Below, piece by piece: positions 12,652-23,625 of a stretch of 51,176 bases of DNA (positions are counted from its first letter, which is position 1; each line of letters starts with the position of its first letter). Under the pieces are notes generated by a model, which was given only the letters and a program-made list of their open reading frames with translations, did not search any database and was not told the origin of the DNA. The position numbers and the translations under genes are program-made. This DNA comes from Octopus bimaculoides (Eukaryota). The stretch spans positions 46,868,724 to 46,919,899 of the forward strand of contig NC_068983.1 of the NCBI RefSeq assembly GCF_001194135.2, given 5' to 3'.

Positions 12652-12779
12652 CTGAGTGAGTCTTCCATCAATTGTATGTGTTTTTATGATGTCAAAGGCA
12701 CCATGTTTGCTACGGGTACAGACAACAGAACCATCGTAGTTTGGCAAATAGTTCCACAGAGAGCGACGTACACTGTCAA
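12652..12779 (+). CDS. TEP1: TEP1-like exon 6 (phase 0-2)
   Basis: atttcag/gtaaag. Encodes LSESSINCMCFYDVKGTMFATGTDNRTIVVWQIVPQRATYTV. Confidence 0.85.
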
Positions 12780-13290
12780 GTAAAGAATTATTTTTTCATT
12801 TATTCGTTTTTTTTTGTTTTCGTTTATTATTTGCCTTTGATTTCGCTCCCTCACCTTCTTTGGATTTTTATTTTTTTCTTCTTATTCTCCATTTCATCAA
12901 AATGATAATAATAATAATGATGATGATGATGACGATGATGATGATGATGATGATAAATGTCAATGTTTAGGAAAAATGTTGGATGTTCAAGCAAAGCACA
13001 CATGCTATAATGGAATGGGTTAATAATGATGGTGATGGTGGTGGTGGTGGTGATGATGTTGGTGGTGGTGCTGATTATGGTGATGATGATGACAATAATG
13101 ATACGATGATGAGAAGGAAAAGGAAGTGGAGGAGATAAATTTGTTGAGAAATTGATGACATGCATGAGACAGATTGGGTTGGGGGTGGGGAGGAAGATAA
13201 CTAGTGTGAGAGTGGTGGTGGTAGTGGTGGTGGTGGGGAGTGATGACAGAGCTAGAAATGTAGTGAAAGGTGATAATAATAATAGTAATG

Positions 13291-13334
<44 letters not shown>

Positions 13335-13910
13335 TACAGCAATAAAGGCGATAACGATGATTATGACAGTTACATTTATTGAAGGTTAATGGGAAGGATA
13401 ATAGTTATGGTGATGGCAGCTTAACTCTGCTGCTGATGTTTTTATTGCATCTCACACACAAACACACGCACACCAACACACATGCACAGCATCATACACA
13501 CTCCAACACATGCACACACACATTCTGATCAGTCTTCAATGAGAACATCTATGGTCAAAAGTCTTCTAACTATGACCATCTTGTCTTATTTTCATGCATT
13601 GTTTATCAAGGACTGCATTATCTGATGCGGCCTTTTCTGTTTTTTAATAAGACTTCAGAGGGCAATTAGGGTTGATTTGGTTGCTGTAGAGAAAAGCTCA
13701 ATGTGATGATGAGCAAGGAGATATGATTGTTGTTGAAGTTGAAATCAAATACTGCAAACCACAAAACAGAGAATAGGAGGAAGAAAACCCAGATTCACAT
13801 AGATCAGGAGTTCTCGACCGGGGTCCATATAAGGTCTTTGGGGCTCAGCGCAACAAAATAGTAAATTGTCTACAATAGTATTTTAAGGGCCCCTGAAAAA
13901 ATTATGCTTT

Positions 13911-13993
13911 GCCTCAGTGGTCTTGTGGGTATAGACACAGAGCTGTAGCAACGTGAAACCATGCTTGACAAGGTTCGATTCTGCCTCTCGGCG
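13911..13993 (+). pseudogene. Degenerate, 5'-truncated tRNA-Sec-like sequence
   Basis: cctcagtggtct is identical over 12 nt to recalled vertebrate tRNA-Sec, with a long D stem and UGGU loop. TATAG/CTGTA anticodon stem, long variable arm, ggttcgattc T loop and ctctcggcg 3' end. The anticodon loop is eroded (no intact TCA). Confidence 0.6.
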
Positions 13994-14026
13994 GTTGATG
14001 TTCTTGTTTAGTTTTTAAGACTTTTA

Positions 14027-14334
14027 AGGACTTTCGAGCGAGATCGTTGCCAGTACCACTGGACTGGCTCCTGTGCAGGTGGCACGTAAAATACACCATT
14101 TTGAGCATGACCGTTGCCAGTACTGCCTGACTGGCCTTCGTGCCGGTGGCACATAAAAGCACCCACTACACTCTCGGAGTGGTTGGCGTTAGGAAGGGCA
14201 TCCACCTGTAGAAACTCTGCCACATCAGATTGGAGCCTGGTGTAGCCATCTGGTTTCACCAGTCCTCAGTCTAATCGTCCAACCCATGCTAGCATGGAAA
14301 GCAGACGTTAAACGATGATGATGATGATGATGAT
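14027..14334 (+). mobile_element. RTE-type 3' tail joined to the tRNA-Sec-like head
   Basis: ttcgagcgagatcgttgccagtacc...ggaagggcatcc...cgttaaacgatgatgatg, same family as 19172-19616. Confidence 0.82.
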
Positions 14335-14365
14335 TTATGTATTGCAAGAAACAGCTGGGTTCCAT

Positions 14366-14591
14366 AAGGCTGCAAGCTGGCAGAAATGTTAGCACGCCAG
14401 GCAAAATGCCTAGCGGTATTTCGTCTGCCATTATGTTCTCTGAGTTCAAATTCCGCCGAGGTTGACTTTGCCTTTCATCCTTTCGGGGTCGATAAATTAA
14501 GTCCCAGTTACGCACTGGGGTCGATGTAATCGACTTAATCCGATTGTCTGTCCCCTCTATGTTTAGCCCCTTGTGGGCAATAAAGAAATAA
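14366..14591 (+). mobile_element. Full-length tRNA-derived SINE (family A, aataaagaaata tail)
   Basis: A box ctggcagaa, B box gagttcaaattcc, core gactttgcctttcatcctttcggggtcgataaattaag. TSD aacagctgggttcc at 14350-14363 and 14594-14607. Confidence 0.85.
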
Positions 14592-15393
14592 GCAACAGCT
14601 GGGTTCCTTTCTCTAACGTTTTATATAATTCAACCTACACAAGATAATGTGTGGAAAACAAAATAGGAAATTTTGAAAGAAGTTTCTATAAAATTAGTTT
14701 TTAAACATCAAATAGTGATGGAGGTTCACCAGGATAAAATAGTAATTAAAGGGGTCCATAGATAAAAAAAATTGTTGAGAACCCCTGACATAGATCCTCA
14801 CTACAGGTTCTTTCAGTGGTATTCATGGCCAAGCAGTAGGCATCACAGTACAGGGAAATAGGATCACCTGAAGATCTTGGGTTTAATCCTCACTAAAGAT
14901 AGCATTTCAAAAACAGCAGGAGGGCATCGAGAAGTCATACCCTAGTATAGTTTCTGAGTTCTAATCCAGTTCATGAAAGCTTGACTTAATCTTTGTTGAT
15001 GCCAAAATGACAATCATAATAGATTAAGATAATGGATCAAAAAACAGCTGAACGGAAAGAAAGAAAAGCTTTACATCACTGTCATCTGTGTCATCGTCAT
15101 CACCATCGTAATGATGATGATGATGATCATTATTTTTATTGTCATTTCATCAACATCATTATTATGATTATTGTCATCATCATCATCGTCATCATTGTCC
15201 TTGTGATTGTCATTGCCATCATCGTCCATCACCCTAATTATCATCATCGTTATTGTCATCTGTCTTTGGAAATGCACAGCAGGGTGTCCCATCCCCCCAC
15301 AACAACCCATCCCACTCCAGGGGAAACTGTTCAACTTGGTAAAATACCGACTGATTGTTGTAGTTGAGTGTATGTATGTGTGTTCTTTTACTC

Positions 15394-15752
15394 TTTTACT
15401 TGTTTCAGTCATTTGACTGTGGCCATGCTGGAGCACCGCCCTTGGCCAAACAAATCAGCCCCAGGACTTATTCATTGTAAGCCTAGTACTTATTGTATCA
15501 GTCTTGTTTGCTGAACTGCTAAGTCACAGAGACGTAAACACATCAACATCGGTTGTCAAGCAATGTTTGGGGGACAAATATACACACATACAACAGGCTT
15601 CTTTCAGTTTCCATCTACTAAATCCACTCACAGGGCTTTGGTCGGCCTGAGGCTATAGTAGAAGACACTTGTCCAAGGTGCCACACATTGGGACTGAACC
15701 CGGAACCATGTGGTTGGAGAGCAAACCTCTTACCACACAGCCACTCCTGTAC
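15394..15752 (-). mobile_element. tRNA-derived SINE (family B, CORE-like) with internal microsatellite
   Basis: Reverse strand head gtggctgtgtggtaagagg...ggttccgggttcagtccc then ccttggacaagtg. Further copies at about 24910-25250, 28228-28535, 40488-40680 and 45465-45795, plus fragments. Confidence 0.78.
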
Positions 15753-15841
15753 CTGTGTATGTGTACAAAATCTAGAGATCTATACATCATACTTAAAGCA
15801 TACTATTGAAAGTCTTTTAAACTCTGGTATTTATCTCAAGA

Positions 15842-16239
15842 TCTCTGTCTCTCTGTCTCACTATATCTTTTCATAATCGGTCACAAGGTCACCTCCTCCA
15901 ATGGCCCCGCCCTTCTCAAAGGATTTGTGTCTTGCAAGTTACTTAGTGACCCTGCCGATGCTGATACCACATAAAAAAAAAAATATCCAGTCTGCACTGT
16001 AAAGTGGTTGGCATTTGGAAGGGCATCCAGCTGTAAAAACCTTGCTAAAACTGACCCCGCCTGTGCTTGTGTCACATAAAAAGCATTCAGTCCACTTTGC
16101 TGGGCAGTTGGTGTTAGGAAGGACATCCAGCTGTAAAAACCCTACCAAAACAGACCCAAGTCTGGTGCAGGCTCCTGTCAAATCGTCCAACCCATGCCAG
16201 CGTGGAAGGCAGACATTAACGATGAAGATGATGATGATG
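15842..16239 (+). mobile_element. RTE-type 3' tail, second subfamily
   Basis: Same duplicated module and (GAT)n end as 11480-11906; ends about 70 nt before exon 7. Confidence 0.7.
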
Positions 16240-16311
16240 CTTTCTCGAGATGAATACCATAATAGTGCTTCATCCATTAATAACAAATAAATTCTTAATC
16301 TTTCCATTTAG

Positions 16312-16470
16312 GAAAATGAAAGAGTATACATTAGACACACCGGTTGTTGGCTTAGAATCTTGGCCAACAACTGAGCGCCAAACGATGCTGGATGTACTGA
16401 TTTCTTACACACGGAAAACTACACTAACACTTTATACATTGAGCACTGAAGCTATCGAAAAAGATGATGG
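16312..16470 (+). CDS. TEP1: TEP1-like exon 7 (phase 2-2)
   Basis: ccatttag/gtaagt. Encodes (K)KMKEYTLDTPVVGLESWPTTERQTMLDVLISYTRKTTLTLYTLSTEAIEKDD; phases fit both neighbours. Confidence 0.78.
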
Positions 16471-17911
16471 GTAAGTTGATGGGGAATCTTTTCCTTTTAT
16501 TTTTTAAAAAATTTGTGAACTGTTATTATCTTCTGTCTTTTATTTGTTTTATTCATTGGACTGTGGCTATGCTGGGGCACTTCCTTGAAGGATTTAATTG
16601 AACAAATCAACTCCAGTATATTATTTTAAAGTCTGGTGCTTATTCTGTTGAACCTACTAAGTTATGGGGGACATAAACAAACCATCAATAACTGTCAAGT
16701 GGTGGGGGAGACAAACACAACACAAACTCAAAGACACACACATATATATGCATTGGCCTTCCACATAGTTTCCATCTACCATGTATTTTTTTTATAAATC
16801 TGATGCTTATTCTATTGGTCTCTTGACATAAACCTGCACCAATTGTCAGGCAATGGTAGAGGCAAACACAACCGATCTCCCACACAGATATATATATGGA
16901 AACCTTATTTGTTATTGTGGTTTCGTGGCACAAAGCAAAGCAGGCCTTGCCATCCACTCAAAAAAACACATAGTAAATGATTCACAAGAACTCAAGCAAA
17001 CTAAGTCCTCACCTTGTTCTATTTGCCAAAAGGTTTGCAAGTTGCCAGCAGGCCTCAGGATACATATTTGTGTCCACAGAACATGATTAACCATTTCGTT
17101 ACCAACCCAGCTGAAACCAGCTCTGGCTCTGAGTACAAATATCATTTTTTCAAAACTTATGACAGTTCCTGTCAAACCATCCAACCCAAGGCAGCATGGA
17201 AAGCAGACATTAAATGATGATGATGATGATATAGTGATAAAAAACACAAAAATGTATGAGTAGCAGATGAACAATGTCCAGTGGCAGCAGTGAGATTGCT
17301 AAATATGCATTTCTACATTTTTGAGCATCATCAATAGCCAACATCCACTAGGACTGCATGCCAGGAAAAATTTAGTCTCTACTGTTGTAGAAAAGCAGTG
17401 ATTAACAAGACACTGGTGGTCACATTTAACTGGCAGGCTAGATTAATGTTCATTATTAGCAATGGAAGCTGTATTAATTCAAAATAACATCTTGTATATC
17501 TTACAAAGCATGAATATACTGTTGAAAGCCTTGAAACTGCAGTATTCATCTCGCGAAAGTATTTCATATAGTGATATAAAACACAGAAATGAGTAGCAGA
17601 CAAAAAAATATCTAGTAGCAGTGATGGAATTGCTAAATATGTATTTCTGCCTTTATGAGAATCATCAATAGTAGGTATCTTCTAGCAACTGTATGCTTAG
17701 ACAAATGTAGCCTCTACTGAAGTAGAAAAACAGTGATTAATGAATCACTGGTGTTGCAGATTTTACTCAGCTGGCCAGATAGGTAAGATTATGTTATTAG
17801 CAACGGAAATGGTATTGGTTCAGAATAGCATTCTGTATATGTTGCTTAATGTGGATATACTGGAGAAAGCCACAGAATTGTAGTATTCATCTTAAGGAAG
17901 CTTTTCACATA

Positions 17912-18698
17912 TTAGGTTGAGGAAAAAGTTTGTGTGCTGTATTAAAATAAAGCTTTTTTATATATTTTCCTGATGTGTGTGTTCATTCAGTTCATGTCAT
18001 GTTTAATGGTGACTCACTGTTAAAAAGTACCCAAGATGTGTTCATCAAAAACATGCTCTGTTTCAACAAGACAATGCAAAGCCACATACCGCCAGAAAGA
18101 CCAGCAACAAGATTGAAGAATTGGATGGCGTGGAAGTTCTGCTGCACCCAGCTTGTAGTTCAGACATTGCTCCATCTTATTTCTTTATTGCCCACAAGGG
18201 GCTAAACACAGAGGAGACAAACAAGGACGGACAAAAGGATTAAGTCAATTGCATCGACCCCAGTGCATAACTGGTACTTAATTTATCGACCCTGAAAGGA
18301 CGAGAGGCAAAGTCGACCTCGGCGGAATTTGAACTCAGAACGTAACGGTAGATGAAATACCACTAAGCATTTCGCCCTGCATGCTAACGATTCTGCCAGC
18401 TCGCTGCCTTCTGACTATGGTCCATCTGACTACTGTCTCTTCTGATCAATGCAGCATTTTATGAAAGGTCATCAATTTGAGTCATTTGATGAAGCTGAAG
18501 AAGCCTGTCGAGAATTTTTCGATTCAAAGCTGAAGGATTGGTACTTTGACCAAATCCGAAAGCTTGCAGATCATTGGCAGGAGGTCATGGAAAATGATTG
18601 TCTTTATTTTGAAGAATAGTTGTTGTTAATTTTGAATAAATTCTTGCATAAAAAAATCATTATTTTAACACGGCATACAAACTTTTTCCTCAGCCTAG
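17912..18698 (+). mobile_element. Internally deleted mariner element
   Basis: TIRs ttaggttgaggaaaaagtttg / caaactttttcctcagcctag flanked by TA. Transposase C-terminus QQDNAKPHTARKT...HPACSSDIAPS|DYCLF*SMQHFMKGHQF...DCLYFEE*. Confidence 0.9.
18177..18410 (-). mobile_element. Family A SINE inserted into the mariner HPxxSxDLAPSD motif
   Basis: Complete head, core and aataaagaaata tail on the minus strand, splitting APS/DY of the transposase remnant. Confidence 0.85.
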
Positions 18699-19171
18699 TA
18701 TTTGTAGAGTGCTAAAAAGCAGAGAAGTGTATCTGCAACAGGTGAAAAGCATCCAACAGCAGCAACAGTGAAATTGCTAAATCTAAATTTCTTCTTCTTC
18801 TAGCTAGTACAGAGAGACAACAAGGTAACACTATTAGTAGGACAGGTTGGAAAGGTGAGAGTAAAGTGTAGTGTTAGAAAGAAGCAGGGGATGCTATACT
18901 AAGAGAAGTTAGTATGGGTATGAGTTGAGGCACTTCTGAACGTGATAGGAGAAATGAAGGGAGAAATGAACAGGCAAAAAATAAAGTGACAATAGCAATG
19001 GAGAAACGAAAAGCTAAAAATGAAAAATGGCAAAATTGAAAAAAGTGATGGAAAGTTTGAGGCAGTGTGAAAGGGTGAGGTTTTAATAAACCAACACATT
19101 ATCTTCTTTGAGTGTCATCTGCAACAAGTATCCACTAGCAACTGCATGCTTAAACAAATTTAGCCTCAACA

Positions 19172-19616
19172 GAGCACTAACAGCACTGTCCGAGCGTGTT
19201 CATTGCCAGAGCAGCTGTCTGGCTTCCATGCTAGTGGCCCGTAAATAGCACCATTTGAGCGTGATCATTACCAGCATCGCCTTCTGGCACTTGTGCTGGT
19301 GCACGTTAGAAAATCATTTGAGCGAGGTCGTTGCCAGTACCACTGGACAGGCTCCCGTGTAGGTGGCACGTAAAAAACACCTTTTTGAGCGTGGCCGTTG
19401 CCAGTACCGTGTGACTGGCCCTCGTGCCAGTGGCATGTAAAAGCACCCACTACACTCTCGGAGTGGTTGGCATTAGGAAGGGCATCCAGTTGTAGAAACT
19501 CTGCCAGATCAGATTGGAGTCTGGTGCAGCATTCTGGCTTGCCAGTCCTCAGTCAAATCGTCCAACCCATGCTAGCATGGAAAGCGGACGTTAAACGATG
19601 ATGATGATGATGATGA
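19172..19616 (+). mobile_element. RTE-type 3' end with (GAT)n tail
   Basis: Well-conserved tail ...cccatgctagcatggaaagcggacgttaaacgatgatg. Confidence 0.85.
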
Positions 19617-19927
19617 TATAGAGAAATAGTGATTCACAAATCACTTGTAATGCAATTAGTTGGTAAGCTGAATAAAATTTCATTATCAGTGACAGAAGCA
19701 GTACTAATTCAAGAAAGCAACCTGTATATCATACTTAAAACATACATTGTTGAAAGCCTGCTAAACTGCAGTATTTGTTGAGAGAAAGTATCTCATATAG
19801 ATGTATAGTGCTAAAAAACATGGAAAAGATAACTTTAGAAATTTAATATAATAAATTCAAAAATCCAATATTGTAACTCAGACATTCTATTTATTCAATG
19901 TATTGAATTTTATTCACAATTTTCCAG

Positions 19928-20033
19928 TGAAGAAAATGTTGTGAAATTCTCTTCAGTCAAACTAAAGGACAAAATACTGATAATTAGTATAACTGATGAC
20001 CGAAATTTTCTCGTATGGGAAGCAACTAATAAG
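19928..20033 (+). CDS. TEP1: TEP1-like exon 8 (phase 2-0)
   Basis: ttttccag/gtaagg. Encodes (G)EENVVKFSSVKLKDKILIISITDDRNFLVWEATNK. Confidence 0.78.
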
Positions 20034-20151
20034 GTAAGGTCTATGTTTTTATGATCTCTTGTTTTTCTCTCCCCACTTTTTTCTTGCTTTTGCTTTTGTT
20101 TTTAATGTAATAATAACAATCATCATCATTGTCTTAATGTCTGTCATTTTT

Positions 20152-20478
20152 CCATGTGAAGGCACGTGGCTTGGTGGTTAGGATATTTGACTTATTATCA
20201 TAAGGTCATGATTTCAATTCCCAGCAGTGCTTTGTGTCCTTGAGCAAGGCACTATTTCATGTTGCTTCAGTCCACTCAGCTGTCAGAAATAAATTGTACC
20301 TATATTTCAAAGGGCCAGCTTTGTTACATTCCATTTCATGCTGAATCTCCCTAAGAATTACATTAACGGTACTTATGTCTGAGAAGTGGTCAGCCACTTA
20401 CTCCTTAATTTCATGAGATAGCTGTTCCATTGATCGAATCAACTGGAAACCTCATCATCATAACTAACAGAGTACTAG
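20152..20478 (+). mobile_element. Family C SINE
   Basis: tRNA-like head (ggcttggtggttagg...ttcaattccc) plus the same core as 6911-7262. Confidence 0.7.
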
Positions 20479-20620
20479 TTCTTATTTTGCCATGCTAGGG
20501 ATGATAAACCCATCACCTTCAACCAAAATTGATTCCACTCTTTTGTGAAAGCATGTTCAGCTGTGGAGAAATATTACCTTGCATGGAAACCGGTGGGGTT
20601 GGTGACAGAAAGGGCGATAC

Positions 20621-21056
20621 TCTGTCTTGTCAATACCCTATCTTGTCAATACCCTGCCTTGTCAACACTGTCTTGTCAATACTCTGAATTGTCAATGTTC
20701 TGTCTTGTCAATATTGTCTTGACAATACTCCATCTTGTCAATGCCCTGTTTTGTCAACACTCTGTCTTGTTAATACTCTGTCTTGTCAACATCCTGTCTC
20801 GTCAACATTCTGTCTTATCAATACTCTGCTTTGTCAGTAGTCTGTTTTGTCAATACCCTGTCTTGTCAACACTGTCTTGTTAATACTGTTTTTTCAATAC
20901 CCTGTCTTGTCAATATTCTGTCTTGTTAAAACTCTGCTTTGTCAGTAGTCTGTTTTGTCAATACTCTGTCTTGTCAACACTCTGCCTTGTCAATACCCTG
21001 CCTAGTCAATACTCTGTCTTGTCTATAGTCTGTCTTGTCAATTGTATGTCTTGTCA
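20621..21056 (+). repeat. 16-bp minisatellite of about 28 units inside a family E SINE tail (element about 20510-21129)
   Basis: Consensus tctgtcttgtcaatac with occasional 14-bp units. Flanked by ggttggtgacagaaagggc and ctcctgtcaaac...ccatgccagcatggaaaacagacattaaaagatgatg. Confidence 0.9.
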
Positions 21057-21147
21057 GCTCCTGTCAAACAGTTCAAACCATGCCAGCATGGAAAACAGAC
21101 ATTAAAAGATGATGATGATGATGATGATGTGTGTTTATATTTTTCAG

Positions 21148-21345
21148 AACGGTGAAACTTCTATAATGCTAGAGCATACAATAGAAACAGACTGGCTACT
21201 TACTCCTGAAACACTTCTGACTGCTGTTTTTGTGACAGAGAAGCTCACTTTCATTGGGGACAGTTCTGGTCAAGTTCATTGGCAAGATAACAGTTTCAAA
21301 TATGATGATGATAAAGATAAAAGGAAGAACATCACAACATTAACG
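21148..21345 (+). CDS. TEP1: TEP1-like exon 9 (phase 0-0)
   Basis: tttttcag/gtaata. Encodes NGETSIMLEHTIETDWLLTPETLLTAVFVTEKLTFIGDSSGQVHWQDNSFKYDDDKDKRKNITTLT. Confidence 0.78.
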
Positions 21346-21715
21346 GTAATAAAAACTAGAAAACAAATATTTGCCTTTATTTCAGAGTATTTGTTTATTT
21401 TCATGTTGTCTTTTCTTCTTTAATTTTTTCTTCAGATATCTTTTACATCATATTGCATATTAAAACCAATGAGAGAAAACGAGATAGGGATAAAAGGAAA
21501 GAGAGAAAGAAAGAAATAGATAGATAATGATAAGGTGGATAAGCCTATAAATGTGGTCACTCATCCTGCTAAAAATAGTGACCAAATCTCCTTCAAATCA
21601 TACCCACTGCTTTTAAATAAGAAAAGATATAATGGGTAGTGTTAATGATGTAGGTGAAAAGAAAAAAAGACAGGATGATCATAATTGGTAGCATTGGTAC
21701 CAATAATAATAATCC

Positions 21716-21930
21716 TTTCTATTATAGACATAAAGCCTGAAGTTTTGGGGAAGGGGACTAATCAATCACATCAACCCCAGGATTTCACTGGTACTTAATT
21801 TATCGACCCCCCAAAAGGATGAAAGGCAAAGTTGACCTCGGCAGAATTTGAACTCAGAACGTAACGGCAGGCGAAACACCACTAAGCATTTTACCCGATG
21901 TTCTAACAATTCTACCTGCTTGCCACGTTA
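21716..21930 (-). mobile_element. Family A SINE (tail type ii) embedded in (TAA)n
   Basis: Head, core and cttcaggcttta...aggattattatt tail on the minus strand; TAA runs on both flanks. Confidence 0.75.
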
Positions 21931-22294
21931 CAAATAATAATAATAATAAGAAGAAGAAGGAACCTTTTTGCTTTTTATTAAACATATGTTTACAAATGTA
22001 TCATTGCTAGGAATTCAATTTTCTTTTTGAGCAGGACTCTAATTCTCCCTGCAACAATACTTCCAAGCTAATAGAGCTACAGCCTTTGCTCTGTTTCTTC
22101 TGAGAAATATTTCCCATGTTAGAAATCAATTTATCATCTGTTTAACTCTTGCGAGTTTAGCATTAAGCACTGATTTTTATGATTTTCTATGGCTCACAGA
22201 TTCTTTCATGATTTTTACTTTGTAAACCCCGAGAGAACATTGGAATGATTTGCTGTTTCTATTAATATTTCTTTAGTATTTTTTATAGCAAAAA

Positions 22295-22341
<47 letters not shown>

Positions 22342-22916
22342 CACTCCTCTTAAATGCCACAATAAACTTTATTGGAACATAGCATATCTTGTCTTCAATG
22401 TAGCTAACACTAATTTGGTTGTGTTGCTCACAAACCCCCGGAATAGAAATAAACAATATTCATGTTTTCAGAAATAAGCTGTCAATGTTTGAATAAGATG
22501 AATGATATCAAGGGAAATAATAATAATAATGATAATAATAATAATAATAATTTCAGGAAGACACTCAGCAAGAAATGGAAACAAAATTGAAAGAATAATA
22601 TTATTAATAATAATAATATAGGTTATGAGTGATAGTGGTGTCAATTAGACCCAGAAGTTTCAGGTAATGCTGAGTAAGTGCTATGGGTAGACCACAGTTA
22701 AGCTCCAGGTTCGGTGATTATGCGAATAAGGGGTCCAACATAGGTCATATATCAGCGTGTGAATATAAGAATTTACTTTTCATAATGAGATAAAAAAAAA
22801 CAAGGCTGTGTAAATTATAGAACATTTATGTTCTATTTCTAAATATTCTATAATGTACAAAGCCTTGGGTTTTTTTATCTCATTACGAAAATAAATCCTT
22901 ATAATAATAATAATAA

Positions 22917-23052
22917 TAATCATCATCATCATTTAACGTCCGTTTTCCATGCTAGCATGGTTGGACGATTTGACTGAGGACTGGTGAACCAGATGGCTAC
23001 ACCAGACTCCAATCTGATCCGAGAGTGTAGTGGGTGCTTTTTATGTGCCACC
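22917..23052 (-). mobile_element. Internally deleted RTE-type tail
   Basis: Near-identical reverse complement of parts of 19480-19616. Confidence 0.8.
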
Positions 23053-23089
23053 AATAATAATGGTAATAATAATGATAATATTAGTAATG

Positions 23090-23625
23090 ATATTTTCTAC
23101 TTAAAGCAGAAGGCCTAAAATTTGCAGGGAGGGGACTAGTCAATAACATCGACCCTAGTGTACCACTGGTATTTAATTTATTGACCCCTGAAGGACGAAA
23201 GGCAAAGTTGACCTTGGTGGAATTTGAACTCAGAATGTAAAGACGAACGAAATGCTGTTAAGAATTTTGTCTGGTGTGCTAATGATTCTGCCAGCTAAGG
23301 CCTGAAATTTGTGAGAGGGACTTAATTTATTGTCCCTGAAAGGATTGAAGAGCAAAGTCAACCTCAGTGGAATTTGAGCTCAGAACATAGCGATGAGTGA
23401 AATATCACTAAGCACTTCTTCCAGTGTGCTAACGATTCTGCCAGCTCACAGCCTTAAAAAATAATAATACTAATACTAATAATAATTTTTTCTACTCTAG
23501 GCACAATGTCCAGAATTCTTGGGGGCGGGAGCCAGTCAATTAGATTGACTCCAGTACTCAGCTGGTACTTAATTTATTGACCCTGAAAGGATGAAAGGCA
23601 AAGTCAACCTTAGCAGAATTTGAAT
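23090..23625 (-). mobile_element. Tandem cluster of three family A SINEs, partly separated by (TAA)n
   Basis: Three repeats of gaaaggcaaagt..acct..g.ggaatttga in the same orientation. Confidence 0.75.

Larger units (their letters stand above)
13805..14787 (+). mobile_element. hAT-family MITE hosting nested insertions
   Basis: TIRs caggagttctcga / ttgagaacccctg. Perfect 8-bp TSD acatagat at 13797-13804 and 14788-14795. Confidence 0.88.
17231..19830. repeat. Ancient ~337-bp tandem repeat (3 units plus the start of a 4th), interrupted by insertions
   Basis: Unit starts atagtgat/agagtgct/atagtgct at 17231, 17568, about 18706 and 19805. Shared blocks: attgctaaat, caactg.atgc, cagtgatt, gaaagcc...actgcagtatt. 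Confidence 0.7.

Noticed and set aside
14815-14910. tRNA gene (tggccaagcagt ... gggtttaatcc)
   Set aside because: The boxes are degenerate and I cannot form a cloverleaf; probably an old SINE head.
17912-18698. Active mariner transposase or SETMAR-like domestication
   Set aside because: The N-terminal two-thirds is deleted, there is an in-frame stop, and a SINE is inserted in the catalytic motif region.
21960-22333. Processed pseudogene ending in the 36-nt poly(A) at 22298-22333
   Set aside because: No recognisable ORF on the + strand, no AATAAA shortly upstream and no TSD. The minus-strand translations are stop-ridden and unidentifiable.
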